DNA of 64,000 bases from the NCBI GenBank assembly GCA_040768745.1, contig JAXGMI010000001.1:1600001-1664000 (forward strand), given 5' to 3'. The notes beneath the pieces were generated by a model. That model was given only the letters and a program-made list of their open reading frames with translations, searched no databases and had not been told where the DNA came from. Shown here piece after piece: positions 1 to 8,585 of this stretch (its first letter is position 1; the number at the start of each line of letters is the position of its first letter). A program made the position numbers and the translations under genes. The stretch is from Desulfomicrobium sp. GTDB taxonomy: Bacteria; Desulfobacterota; Desulfovibrionia; Desulfovibrionales; Desulfomicrobiaceae.

Positions 1-736
1 GGCTGGCTGCATGCTCCTGAGCCAAGAGAAGTTCCTTGGCATGAAAATCCTGCTCGTTCCTATTCACCATCCGGGAAAGGTCGGAGATAGTGTTAAGAAC
101 AGAACTGCTCTGATCCTTGAGGACTTTTTTGAGCGAAGCATCCAGTTTGTCGAATTCTTCGGACGAGAGGACCTTGCCGTCCACAAGAGGGGTGAGAGAC
201 ACGGCACCCGAGTCATCAAAATTGAGACTGAAGCCTTTCTTGTGGGCCGCTTCCTCCATTCTGCTTAGTAAATCATCCCGTACTCCAGCAAGTTTTGTAA
301 AAAGTTTGTTTTGGAGTCGCAGATAGGTGGCCTGCTCGAAATGGCGAGGCAGATCGCGGCGCAGACGTTTGACGGCTCGGTGCAGGACATCCCGCAGACG
401 TTTGCCTTGTCCCGGAGGCAACGTGACCTGAATCGGTTTGTCGGCGTTTTTGAAATTATTCAAGAAAACAATATCAGGAGGCGTGCTGCCCGTCCTTGCC
501 CGTGGAAGGAGAAAATTTTCAACCAAATGTGTTCTGCCCAGTCCAGGTTCGCCAGCAACAAAGACATTAAATTCCATCCCAGGGATGGCGAGGCACATTT
601 CCAGAGCCTTGCGCGCACGGCGCTGGAAAAGGCAGGCAGAATCTGTTGTTTCACGGATGTCGGCACCGCGCAGAACCTTGCGCGGGTCGGGTTCGTTTCT
701 GAGGCTGCGGACCTTGAGAGAGGAGTGGTTTTTCAT
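1..736 (-). CDS. Lon-family (S16, AAA_32/LonC-like) protease, N-terminal ~245 aa; continues beyond the left edge
   Basis: Not in the ORF track because no stop lies in the window. Manual translation from ATG 736 is open to the edge: MKNHSSLKV...FQRRARKALEMCLAIPGMEFNVFVAGEPGLGRTHLV...PPDIVFLNNFKNADKPIQVTLPPGQGKRL, the typical N-terminus of this family. Confidence 0.8.
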   Translation of the reverse strand, partial: MKNHSSLKVRSLRNEPDPRKVLRGADIRETTDSACLFQRRARKALEMCLAIPGMEFNVFVAGEPGLGRTHLVENFLLPRARTGSTPPDIVFLNNFKNADKPIQVTLPPGQGKRLRDVLHRAVKRLRRDLPRHFEQATYLRLQNKLFTKLAGVRDDLLSRMEEAAHKKGFSLNFDDSGAVSLTPLVDGKVLSSEEFDKLDASLKKVLKDQSSSVLNTISDLSRMVNRNEQDFHAKELLLAQEHAAS

Positions 737-888
737 GTGTGCTTTATGAAAAGGCAGATAGAGGGTTTAAGTGCTGGTTTCGGTAAGCGCATAGTTGGAT
801 TATGCTGGCCTTGCAAGTTGAGTGGTTATTATTAATATTTTTTTATTTCAAGCGGATGACTATTGATGATACTGGAGAGAGCCGGTGC

Positions 889-915
889 TGTATCGGTCTA
901 CGGTTTTTTGGACAC
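889..915. repeat. IS terminal inverted repeat downstream of the transposase
   Basis: TGTATCGGTCTACGGTTTTTTGGACAC; its reverse complement GTGTCCAAAAAACCGTAGACCGATACA aligns with 2238-2265. Confidence 0.75.
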
Positions 916-927
916 GTTTTTGGTTAA

Positions 928-1816
928 TCAAGCCGCAACGTTCACGGCCTCTTTCTGGATGGCCCGCACCGCTGCCGGAGTCTTGTAGCCGTGGCGTCCA
1001 ATGATCCATTCCCGGTTGTACGTCTCCTTGAACTCCAAGAGGGCAAGTCGGAGTTCCTCGACCGTATCGAACCGCCGGACCCAGAGCAGGTTTTCCTTGA
1101 GCGTGCGCACGAACCTCTCGGCGATGCCGTTGCCTTGGGGTTCTCTGACGAAAGCAGGCGAACTCCGGATGCCCAGGAAGGAAACCTCCTCTTGAAACAC
1201 ACTGGAAACGTACTGGCTACCATTGTCATGTCGCAGGGTCAGGCCCTCTGCCACGGCGGGTCCAAAGGCTCCAAAGCTGTGGCGCACACCTTGGCGAATC
1301 GGCTCCAGGGCTTCAAAGCGCGTCCCGTACTTAGCGGCGTGGATGCCGACACACTCCAGAGAGCAGTGGTCCACGGCCAGGAAGATCGAAGCGTTGCCTT
1401 CCTGCATGGTCATCGTCGTGGTCATGTCCGTGCCCCACATCTCGTCCACCCGGGCAGTCTTGATCGTCCCGTCATGCGCCTTGGGGCCATGCGGCCTGCC
1501 GGGCTTGCGCACTGCGAGCAGGTTGTTCTCTCTCATGATCCGAAGCGTTCGCAGGGGGACGTTCTGATGCCCTCAAAACGCAACCTGGCCCACACTTTCC
1601 GATAGCCTTCACCAGTAAAAGGGAGTTCTGGATGCATGCCACGATGTGCCCGAACAACTCCCCATCACTGTGGAAGCCAATAGGGCCTCGGCGGCTTGGT
1701 GTGCCCTCATTCGCAACCTTGCGTGCATAATGCGTGGACCTGGGGAGATTCCAGACCCGGCAAACCAGCACCAGCCCATACGTCTGACCAGTGGAGGGCG
1801 AGGTGGACCGGCTCAT
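928..1816 (-). pseudogene. IS3-family OrfB transposase (rve/DDE), two frameshifts
   Basis: DDE motifs WGTDMT, HDNGSQY and NGIAERFVRTLK lie in 928-1536. The N-terminus starts at ATG 1816, and the conserved GEGYRKVWARLR segment is in a third frame between apparent single-base losses near 1617-1623 and 1553-1558. Confidence 0.85.
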
Positions 1817-2200
1817 TTCCTCGACCTCCGCAACCCCAAAGGGTCTTTTGCCTCCATCATTCGGATCTTCTCGCGGAGCAGTTCTATCTCCATGGTCTGC
1901 TCGCCGATTTTCTCATTGAGGCGCTTGTATTCGGCCTCCTCCGCCGGAGAGCGTTTTTTGAGACTATCCGCGCCACCGGCCAGAAAGGCATCTCTCCATT
2001 GTGAGAGCGTGGCAGCCGTCACGCCGAGTTCCCGACTGAGCGTTTCGATGTCTTCACCACGCAGAAGCCGGAGGACGGCCTCGGTCTTGTGCTGTGCCCA
2101 GAATCGCTTGGGAGTTGCTCGTCTCCCCGGTTCCAGTCGGCCTACGGCCTCCCTCCACCGGGGAGACGGCTGAAATATCCTTGTCGCTTTGTTTGCTCAT
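1813..2200 (-). pseudogene. IS3-family OrfA (HTH), one frameshift
   Basis: ATG 2200 with GAGGTG SD gives MSKQSDKDISAVSPVEGGRRPTGTGET. The HTH/coiled-coil part (PKRFWAQHKTEAVLRLLRGEDIETLSRELGV...) is one base out of frame from about 2120. Confidence 0.8.
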
Positions 2201-2237
2201 GAATCACCTCATGGGGAGTCTCTCTACTCCCAATTTG

Positions 2238-2265
2238 GTGTCCAAGAAAACCCTATCCCAGAGGA
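2238..2265. repeat. IS terminal inverted repeat upstream of orfA
   Basis: GTGTCCAAGAAAACCCTATCCCAGAGGA, followed directly by the GTGC target duplication. Confidence 0.72.
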
Positions 2266-2293
2266 GTGCATCATATTTTGCATAAAAGTTTGA

Positions 2294-2323
2294 TTGACGC
2301 CCCGCAGACCATTATGGTAGCCC
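2294..2323 (+). promoter_or_regulatory. Putative sigma70 promoter of the atp (F0) operon
   Basis: TTGACG at 2294-2299 with a weak TG-n-TAGCCC -10 element 18 bp downstream, just before a Rex-like box. Confidence 0.4.
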
Positions 2324-2332
2324 CAAATTCGA

Positions 2333-2352
2333 TTTGTGATTTATTGCACGAA
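2333..2352. promoter_or_regulatory. Rex operator-like palindrome upstream of atp genes
   Basis: TTTGTGATTTATTGCACGAA resembles the Rex operator TTGTGAA-N4-TTCACAA; rex is in the same locus. Confidence 0.65.
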
Positions 2353-2386
2353 CACATGGGCATCACGGGATCCATTTTCAGGAAGC

Positions 2387-2650
2387 ATGTTCTTTAACAA
2401 GAAGAAAAATAAACATTTTGAGTCACTTGGTCTTGCCTCTATCATGGGGATCCATCTGGTTTCCGGAGTAGTGGTGGGCATGGCCATGGGATATTACCTC
2501 GACAAGTTTCTGGGGACAAAGCCCTGGATGACCATTCTCTTTCTGGTGTTTGGTATCATTGCTGGCTATAAAAACATGTTTCGAGAAATGCAGCGGATTC
2601 AGAAAAAAGAAGCAGAGGCAGATGCTGAAGAAAAATCTAAAAAAGATTGA
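2387..2650 (+). CDS. AtpZ/AtpI-family (ATPase gene 1) membrane protein
   Basis: MFFNKKK...GMAMGYYLDKFLGTKPWMTILFLVFGIIAGYKN family motif; ATG 2387 after AGGAAG. Confidence 0.88.
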   Translation: MFFNKKKNKHFESLGLASIMGIHLVSGVVVGMAMGYYLDKFLGTKPWMTILFLVFGIIAGYKNMFREMQRIQKKEAEADAEEKSKKD

Positions 2651-3038
2651 AGGGTGGCTCTACGCGAGGGGTTTTCATGTCCCTGAGGTGCGGGCCATGG
2701 CTCTCAATCAGATTTGCATGATGCTCGGTTCCCTGCCACTGTTGGCCCTTGGCCGCGATGGTTTCGATTTTGCGGCGGGTGTTTTTTTGGGCACGCTGAA
2801 TTTTTTGGCATTGGCCAGGGTCATTCAGGAGCTTGTCTACGTGCACAGGGGAGCAGTGGCCCTGCAGGTAGTCAGTTTTTATGTGCGGCTGATTCTGACC
2901 GCAGTGGCTTTCTACGCACTGATTGTTCTCAAGGGTGCAGCCGTGGGCTGGCTTCTGGCAGGGGTATCAACAGTGCTGATCAATATTTTGCTTTGGGGAG
3001 TGTCGCAATTTTCGGGGAAAACTTCTAAGGAGGCGTAG
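2622..3038 (+). CDS. atpI: ATP synthase subunit I
   Basis: Four hydrophobic segments with a FYVRL motif, directly before atpB; start moved to ATG 2622. Confidence 0.8.
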   Translation: MLKKNLKKIEGWLYARGFHVPEVRAMALNQICMMLGSLPLLALGRDGFDFAAGVFLGTLNFLALARVIQELVYVHRGAVALQVVSFYVRLILTAVAFYALIVLKGAAVGWLLAGVSTVLINILLWGVSQFSGKTSKEA

Positions 3039-3040
3039 AA

Positions 3041-3745
3041 ATGGCAGGAGGGTTACATCCGATTTTTCTCGTTGAGGAGGCAGTAAAGGCCATTGGCCTT
3101 GTCGACGCACACGGCCATAGCTTGATCCCAGTAAATGTCCTGTATTCATGGACAATCATGGCCATTCTGATTGTTCTGGCACTGATGGCGACGAAGAAAA
3201 TCTCGCTCGTGCCGAAGGGGCTACAAAATTTCTTCGAGTTCTTGATAGGCTCCTTGGAGGATTTTGTCGTCGCCAATATGGGTGAGGATGGGAGAAAGGT
3301 CTTTCCGGTGCTCGCCACCCTTTTCATCTACATTCTGTGTTGCAATGTGGGAGGCATGTTTCCGGGGGGCGACGCACCGACGGCAAACATCAATACGACC
3401 GCGTCCATGGCCGTGTTTGTCTTCGTGTATTACCAGTATTGGGGCTTCAAATTGCATGGAGCTCATTACATCCATCATTTTACCGGTCCCATGTTGTGGA
3501 TGGCGCCTCTCATGTTCCCAATAGAGGTCATTGGTCACTTTGCCCGCATGTTGTCTCTGTCCCTTCGTCTTTTCGGCAACATCCGGGGTGAGGACATCGT
3601 TTTGGCCTTGCTCTTCATGCTCGCGCCAATTGTCTCCACGATCCCAATGTACTTTTTGTTCCTTTTGGCTGATGTCATTCAGGCCTTCGTGTTCTTTATG
3701 CTTTCTATGCTTTATTTGAAGGGTGCCTTTGAAGAGGCACACTAA
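3041..3745 (+). CDS. atpB: F0F1 ATP synthase subunit a
   Basis: PTANINTT, SLSLRLFGNI (essential Arg), IQAFVF motifs. Confidence 0.97.
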   Translation: MAGGLHPIFLVEEAVKAIGLVDAHGHSLIPVNVLYSWTIMAILIVLALMATKKISLVPKGLQNFFEFLIGSLEDFVVANMGEDGRKVFPVLATLFIYILCCNVGGMFPGGDAPTANINTTASMAVFVFVYYQYWGFKLHGAHYIHHFTGPMLWMAPLMFPIEVIGHFARMLSLSLRLFGNIRGEDIVLALLFMLAPIVSTIPMYFLFLLADVIQAFVFFMLSMLYLKGAFEEAH

Positions 3746-3804
3746 TTCGGGGGAAATGGTCAACCGACCAATAATCATTATTTGTTTCAGGAGGATTTTC
3801 TATC

Positions 3805-4128
3805 ATGCGTAAAGGTTTCCTTTCTGTCCTGGCCACTGTCGCCCTGGTTGCTGTTGCTTCTTGTGCCTTCGCTGCTGATGCTGCGCCAGAAGTCATCTCC
3901 ACCATCTCCTGGGCTGCTGCTCTGGGTATGGCCATCGCCGCGGCTGGCTGTGGTATCGCTCAGGGTCTTGGCCTCAAGGCCGCTTGTGAAGGCACTGCCC
4001 GTAACCCTGAAGCATCCGGTAAGATCACAGTTACCATGCTGATCGGCTTGGCCATGATCGAATCTCTGGCCATCTATGCCCTGGTTGTGAACCTTATTCT
4101 GCTGTTCGCCAACCCGTTTGTCGGCTAG
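3805..4128 (+). CDS. atpE: F0F1 ATP synthase subunit c with N-terminal signal-like extension
   Basis: GIAQG, ARNPE loop, IESLAIY carboxylate motif. Confidence 0.97.
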   Translation: MRKGFLSVLATVALVAVASCAFAADAAPEVISTISWAAALGMAIAAAGCGIAQGLGLKAACEGTARNPEASGKITVTMLIGLAMIESLAIYALVVNLILLFANPFVG

Positions 4129-4141
4129 TGCACTGACCTGC

Positions 4142-4176
4142 AAAGGGGGGGGGCCAATGGCCTCCCCCCTTTTTTT
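4142..4176 (+). terminator. Intrinsic terminator after atpE
   Basis: G-rich/C-rich stem around a GGCC-AAT-GGCC core, followed by a T run. Confidence 0.8.
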
Positions 4177-4182
4177 GCCTAC

Positions 4183-4202
4183 TGCGTGAAATAGATCACG
4201 AA
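4183..4202. promoter_or_regulatory. Rex operator-like palindrome upstream of rex
   Basis: TGCGTGAAATAGATCACGAA (CGTGA-N8-TCACG), 16 nt before the rex start. Confidence 0.7.
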
Positions 4203-4218
4203 GATACTCGGGGCCGAT

Positions 4219-4863
4219 TTGAAAAGTTCACATATACCTCGCGCAACAATCCAACGGCTGGCAGTCTACGTCCAGGTACTGGAAACACTTCTTCAGGATG
4301 GGGACGCGGTCATCTCGTCGGATGGTCTGGCCAAGGCCTGCGGAGTTAATCCCTCGCAGATTCGCAAAGATCTCGCTTATTTTGGAGAGTTTGGCGTGCG
4401 TGGCGTGGGATACTATGTGCAGGATCTGCTGACAGCTATCAAACAGTCTCTTGGGATCGATCGAACCTGGAACGTTGCCCTCGTGGGTGTGGGCAATCTT
4501 GGCAGGGCCTTGCTCCGGCACGGAGTTTTTCGGCGCCGGGGATTTATTCTGGTAGGCGCTTTTGATTGTGATCCCTTCAAAATCGGAGAGGAAGTCGCTG
4601 GTCTTGAAGTTGTCTGTTCGCGCAGACTGAAAGAGAAAGTTCAGGAGCTTGACATTGAGATTGGCATAATCACCACTCCTCCAGAACGCGCCCAGCGGGC
4701 CGCAAATTATCTTGTTGAGGCAGGAGTGCTTGGCATTGTCAATTTCGCACCAGCCCGCATCTCTGTACCTGAAAATGTCGCCGTCGAGTACGTTGACTTC
4801 ATGCACCATTTATTTTCCGTCGCATTTAATATTTCAATCAATCAGGCCAAAGCCCTCCCCTAG
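4219..4863 (+). CDS. rex: Redox-sensing transcriptional repressor Rex
   Basis: [31 protein letters not shown] winged helix, VGVGNLG Rossmann motif; TTG start. Confidence 0.96.
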   Translation: MKSSHIPRATIQRLAVYVQVLETLLQDGDAVISSDGLAKACGVNPSQIRKDLAYFGEFGVRGVGYYVQDLLTAIKQSLGIDRTWNVALVGVGNLGRALLRHGVFRRRGFILVGAFDCDPFKIGEEVAGLEVVCSRRLKEKVQELDIEIGIITTPPERAQRAANYLVEAGVLGIVNFAPARISVPENVAVEYVDFMHHLFSVAFNISINQAKALP

Positions 4864-4967
4864 GAATTCTCTTTTCAACACCGTTTTTCGTTACCACCAC
4901 ATTTGTGCTTGCCAATACCTCGGGTCTGGTTTACCAAACCTCTCTCTTTTCAAACTGGAGGTTTCTC

Positions 4968-5177
4968 ATGAAAAAAGATCTACATCCTAAGGTGTTTGAG
5001 ACCAAGGTTCGTTGTGCCTGCGGATATGAGTTTGTGACCAAGTCCACCGTGGGAGCGGAGTTGGGGGTTGAAATTTGTTCCAATTGCCATCCCTTCTTCA
5101 CAGGAGAGCAGCGGTTTGTGGACTCAGCTGGAAGGATTGACAGATTCAGAAAGAAGTACGCGAGCATCAAGAAATAA
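4968..5177 (+). CDS. rpmE: 50S ribosomal protein L31 (zinc-binding type)
   Basis: [28 protein letters not shown] before ATG 4968. Confidence 0.97.
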   Translation: MKKDLHPKVFETKVRCACGYEFVTKSTVGAELGVEICSNCHPFFTGEQRFVDSAGRIDRFRKKYASIKK

Positions 5178-5211
5178 TATGATGGATCTTGCCAGATGAT
5201 TTGCGGCTAAT

Positions 5212-6273
5212 ATGGTTGAAAAGTTAGAGAGCATTGCGGCTAAATTCCGCGAACTTGAGCGGGAGCTGAGCTCGCCTGACATATTTCAGGATCAGGAGCG
5301 CTACAGAAAGATTGCCAAGCGCCATGCGGAACTCGCTGAAGTAGTCAAGGAATTCGAACAATATAAAACGCTTCTGCGAGAGATCGAAGAAAATCAAGAC
5401 CTGGCCAAAGATCCAGATCCTGAAATATGCGAGTTGGCGCAGGCGGAGCTTTCAATCCTCAAGGAACGGATTCGCCATCAGGAGGACGTGCTCAAATCTC
5501 TTTTGACGCCGAAGGATCCCCTTGATGAAAAGAATATCATCCTTGAGATCCGTGCGGGCACAGGAGGGGAAGAGGCGGCTCTTTTCGTTGCTGATATCTT
5601 CCGCATGTACTGTCGCTATGCTGAACTCCAGGGGTGGCGGGTTGAGGCGTTGAGTAGCAGTGATACCGGGACAGGAGGGTTCAAGGAAATAATTGCTTCT
5701 GTGTCCGGGACCAATGTCTACAGCAAGCTCAAGTTTGAATCAGGGGCCCACCGGGTGCAGCGTGTCCCTGCAACAGAGAGCCAAGGCAGAATACATACCT
5801 CTGCCATCACTGTCGCGATTCTGCCAGAGGCTGAAGAGGTTGATGTCAAAATTGAGCCAACAGATGTTCGCGTTGATGTCTTCCGCTCTTCTGGACCAGG
5901 GGGACAGTCAGTCAACACGACGGATTCGGCAATCCGCATCACACATTTGGCCACAGGCATTGTCGTGACCTGCCAGGACGAAAAGTCTCAGCACAAGAAC
6001 AAGGCAAAAGCCCTCAAAGTACTGCGTTCCAGGCTTTTGCAGGCAGCCCAGGACGAAACAAAGAAGGCCTACGATGAAAACCGGAGGTCTCAGGTCGGCT
6101 CTGGGGACCGATCAGAGAGAATTCGGACCTACAATTATCCTCAGGGCCGCGTCACGGATCATCGCATCAATCTTACGCTCTATAATCTGGATCAAGCCAT
6201 GGATGGCCACATCGACGAAATTATTGACGGCTTAGTGCAGCACTACCAAGCCGAAGCAATGAAAGGAAGCTGA
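5212..6273 (+). CDS. prfA: Peptide chain release factor 1
   Basis: GGQ motif, PAT recognition loop (RVPATE), [14 protein letters not shown]. Confidence 0.97.
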   Translation: MVEKLESIAAKFRELERELSSPDIFQDQERYRKIAKRHAELAEVVKEFEQYKTLLREIEENQDLAKDPDPEICELAQAELSILKERIRHQEDVLKSLLTPKDPLDEKNIILEIRAGTGGEEAALFVADIFRMYCRYAELQGWRVEALSSSDTGTGGFKEIIASVSGTNVYSKLKFESGAHRVQRVPATESQGRIHTSAITVAILPEAEEVDVKIEPTDVRVDVFRSSGPGGQSVNTTDSAIRITHLATGIVVTCQDEKSQHKNKAKALKVLRSRLLQAAQDETKKAYDENRRSQVGSGDRSERIRTYNYPQGRVTDHRINLTLYNLDQAMDGHIDEIIDGLVQHYQAEAMKGS

Positions 6274-6291
6274 GTTCAACTCAGCTTTTTT
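6267..6291 (+). terminator. Terminator-like hairpin containing the prfA stop codon
   Basis: AAGCTGAGT-TCA-ACTCAGCTT followed by TTTT; prfA TGA (6271-6273) lies in the 5' arm. Confidence 0.55.
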
Positions 6292-6297
6292 ATTTCC

Positions 6298-7137
6298 ATG
6301 CAGACTCGCAGAGGACTTTTGCAATATTGGGAGAACCAATTCAGGCTGAACCGTGTTGATTCTCCCAGGTTGTCAGCACAAATCCTACTGTCCCATGTGT
6401 TGGGTGTATCCCGTCTCGACATGCTCCTTGACCTTCAAAAGCCAGTTTCAACCTCCTCTGCGCAGGAATTTTTGGCGCTGGCTGACCGACGTGCGCAGGG
6501 CGAACCCGTGGCATATCTTGTCGGTGAAAAGGAGTTCTACGGATTGTCCTTTCGAGTTACTCCCAGTGTGCTGATTCCTCGCCCTGAAACAGAAATCTTA
6601 GTCGATTATGTTCTGGGGCGGACGGCTGCCATTCCGAAATACATAGCAGACATCGGTACTGGAAGCGGAGCATTGGCAGTGACATGCGCCTGTCAACTCC
6701 CGGGTTCCTATTTTGTCGCGACAGATATTTCACGGTCAGCTTTACGACTGGCCCATGTGAATGCACAGAAACATGGCGTGGCAGATAGAATCATTTTTCT
6801 TGAATCGAATCTTGTAGATGCAGTTCAGTGTCAGGAAGTGGATATTTTTTTGGCCAATCTTCCTTATGTCCCAGCATCCAGGCGCACGGAAATGAATCGG
6901 GAGGTCATTGACTATGAACCCCACGGAGCCATTTTTGCGGGGGAGGATGGCCTTGATACATACAGGGAGCTGATCATGAAGCTTGCTGGCCGGGTCAAAC
7001 GGGGGGCACTGCTTCTCTGTGAAATTGATTTCAGCCAGGGCCTGGCAGTACGCGATCTTTTTGCAGGCATATCTCTGGAAGTACAGGTGATTAAAGATCA
7101 AGCCCTTCACGATCGTGTAGCTGTTGTTGTTTTTTAG
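6298..7137 (+). CDS. prmC: Release factor glutamine methyltransferase
   Basis: GEPVAYLVGEKEFYG, VLIPRPETE, DIGTGSG, NLPY; follows prfA. Confidence 0.95.
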   Translation: MQTRRGLLQYWENQFRLNRVDSPRLSAQILLSHVLGVSRLDMLLDLQKPVSTSSAQEFLALADRRAQGEPVAYLVGEKEFYGLSFRVTPSVLIPRPETEILVDYVLGRTAAIPKYIADIGTGSGALAVTCACQLPGSYFVATDISRSALRLAHVNAQKHGVADRIIFLESNLVDAVQCQEVDIFLANLPYVPASRRTEMNREVIDYEPHGAIFAGEDGLDTYRELIMKLAGRVKRGALLLCEIDFSQGLAVRDLFAGISLEVQVIKDQALHDRVAVVVF

Positions 7138-7260
7138 CAAAATACTGTGGTCTGCAGCAGACAATGCTGAAGCGCAAAAAAAATCGTTAATAATTTTTTC
7201 AATGATTAAAGGAAAATGTGATTTAATTCGGATTGGCCCGGAAATTGAAAAACACATGGC

Positions 7261-8184
7261 ATGAAACAGACCACACTCAAAAATGAAGTCCGATGTTCTG
7301 GAGTCGGGTTGCATAGCGGAAAGAAGGTTGACTTAGTGCTCAAGCCAGCGCCTGCAGATACGGGTATTTTGTTTTCCCTGCGCGCGCATGGCAAAAGGCA
7401 CATTGTTGTTCCGGAACCAGGTCGTGTCGTCAGTACCGGGCTGGCAACCACATTGGGTCAAGGCTCGGCGATGGTCTCGACGGTGGAGCACCTGATGGCC
7501 AGCCTGGTTGGCCTGGAAATTGACAACGTACTGGTTGAAGTGGATGGGGAGGAGATTCCAATCCTGGACGGCAGTGCTTCAGTGTTTGTGTTTCTTCTTA
7601 ATTCCGCAGGGGTCAGGAAGTTGGACAGACCGCGTAGGGTTGCCAAGATTGCGCGGCCTTTGACCTTCGAGCAGGACGGGAAGCAAATCATTGCAGTGCC
7701 TTACAATGGTCTTAAAATTGACTATTCCATTTCGTTTGCGCATCCGCACATCGGGGCCCAGCAGTATAGCTTTGAATCCAGCCCAAGGTCTTTTACAGAC
7801 CAAATTGCTCGGGCAAGGACATTCGGTTTTTTGAAGGATGTCGAGTGGCTGCAAAAAAATGGGTTGGCGCTTGGCGGGACCCTGGAGAACGCAATTGTTT
7901 TTGATGATTATGGGGTGATGAACCCTGAAGGGCTGCGCTTCAGCGATGAGTTGGTCCGGCATAAAATTTTGGATTTTATGGGAGATATCGCCGTGGGGAG
8001 TCATCGGCTGTGGGGACATTTCAAGGTTTCCTATTCTGGCCATGACTTTAACAACAGATTTATGCGGTATGTGTTTGACAATGCGGCCGACTGCCTTGAT
8101 TTTATAGAATTTGGCAGCAGGGCAGCGCAGTTGGGCCATTCTGTTCCTGCGGGCATTGGGCGAGGGGTGCCTGCCTGGGCATGA
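7261..8184 (+). CDS. lpxC: UDP-3-O-acyl-N-acetylglucosamine deacetylase
   Basis: GVGLHSG, TVEHLM, PILDGSA, ARARTFGF, HKILD. Confidence 0.96.
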   Translation: MKQTTLKNEVRCSGVGLHSGKKVDLVLKPAPADTGILFSLRAHGKRHIVVPEPGRVVSTGLATTLGQGSAMVSTVEHLMASLVGLEIDNVLVEVDGEEIPILDGSASVFVFLLNSAGVRKLDRPRRVAKIARPLTFEQDGKQIIAVPYNGLKIDYSISFAHPHIGAQQYSFESSPRSFTDQIARARTFGFLKDVEWLQKNGLALGGTLENAIVFDDYGVMNPEGLRFSDELVRHKILDFMGDIAVGSHRLWGHFKVSYSGHDFNNRFMRYVFDNAADCLDFIEFGSRAAQLGHSVPAGIGRGVPAWA

Positions 8185-8205
8185 CGCGTGAATAAATGTC
8201 TCATC

Positions 8206-8227
8206 AAGGCGCGCGAGCGCCTTTTTT
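8206..8227 (+). terminator. Intrinsic terminator after lpxC
   Basis: AAGGCGC-GCGA-GCGCCTT followed by a T run. Confidence 0.75.
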
Positions 8228-8287
8228 GTTTTGTAAAAAAATGCTTGCCAATAAAGCTGAATGACCATAAAGACCACGTTCTCACGG

Positions 8288-8363
8288 GCTGGCGTAGCTC
8301 AATTGGCAGAGCAGCTGACTTGTAATCAGCAGGTTGCGGGTTCAAGTCCCATCGCCAGCTCCA
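8288..8363 (+). tRNA. tRNA-Thr(UGU)
   Basis: GCTGGCG/CGCCAGC acceptor stem, anticodon loop CTTGTAA, TTCAAGT T-loop, encoded CCA. Confidence 0.96.
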
Positions 8364-8373
8364 GTATTGATGT

Positions 8374-8459
8374 GGAGGGGTTCCCGAGTGGCCAAAGGGA
8401 ACAGACTGTAAATCTGTCGGCAGACGCCTTCGGAGGTTCGAATCCTCCCCCCTCCACCA
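8374..8459 (+). tRNA. tRNA-Tyr(GUA)
   Basis: GGAGGGG/CCCCTCC stem, CTGTAAA anticodon loop, long variable arm, CCA. Confidence 0.96.
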
Positions 8460-8509
8460 CAAAACAGTAGGAGACAGATAAAGCTGTCGCTCGACTACTG
8501 AGATGAAAT

Positions 8510-8585
8510 GCGGGAGTAGCTCAACGGCTAGAGCATCAGCCTTCCAAGCTGAGGGTTGCGGGTTCGAGTCCCGTTTCCCGCTCCA
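8510..8585 (+). tRNA. tRNA-Gly(UCC)
   Basis: GCGGGAG/TTCCCGC stem, CTTCCAA anticodon loop, TTCGAGT, CCA. Confidence 0.96.

Larger units (their letters stand above)
889..2265 (-). mobile_element. IS3-family insertion sequence (~1377 bp), decayed
   Basis: Imperfect terminal inverted repeats (889-915, 2238-2265), flanking direct repeat GTGC at 885-888 and 2266-2269, HTH orfA plus DDE orfB on the minus strand with an ATGA overlap at 1813-1816. Confidence 0.88.

Noticed and set aside
11..835. Plus-strand ORFs 11-268, 311-835 and 438-749
   Set aside because: Antisense shadows of the minus-strand Lon-like gene, with no recognisable motifs.
7213..7232. TGTGATTTAATTCGGA upstream of lpxC as a third Rex box
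   Set aside because: Only the left half-site matches.
8336..8352. C-A mismatch in the T stem of tRNA-Thr(UGU)
   Set aside because: The rest of the cloverleaf is intact and single T-stem mismatches are tolerated; not enough for a pseudo-tRNA call.
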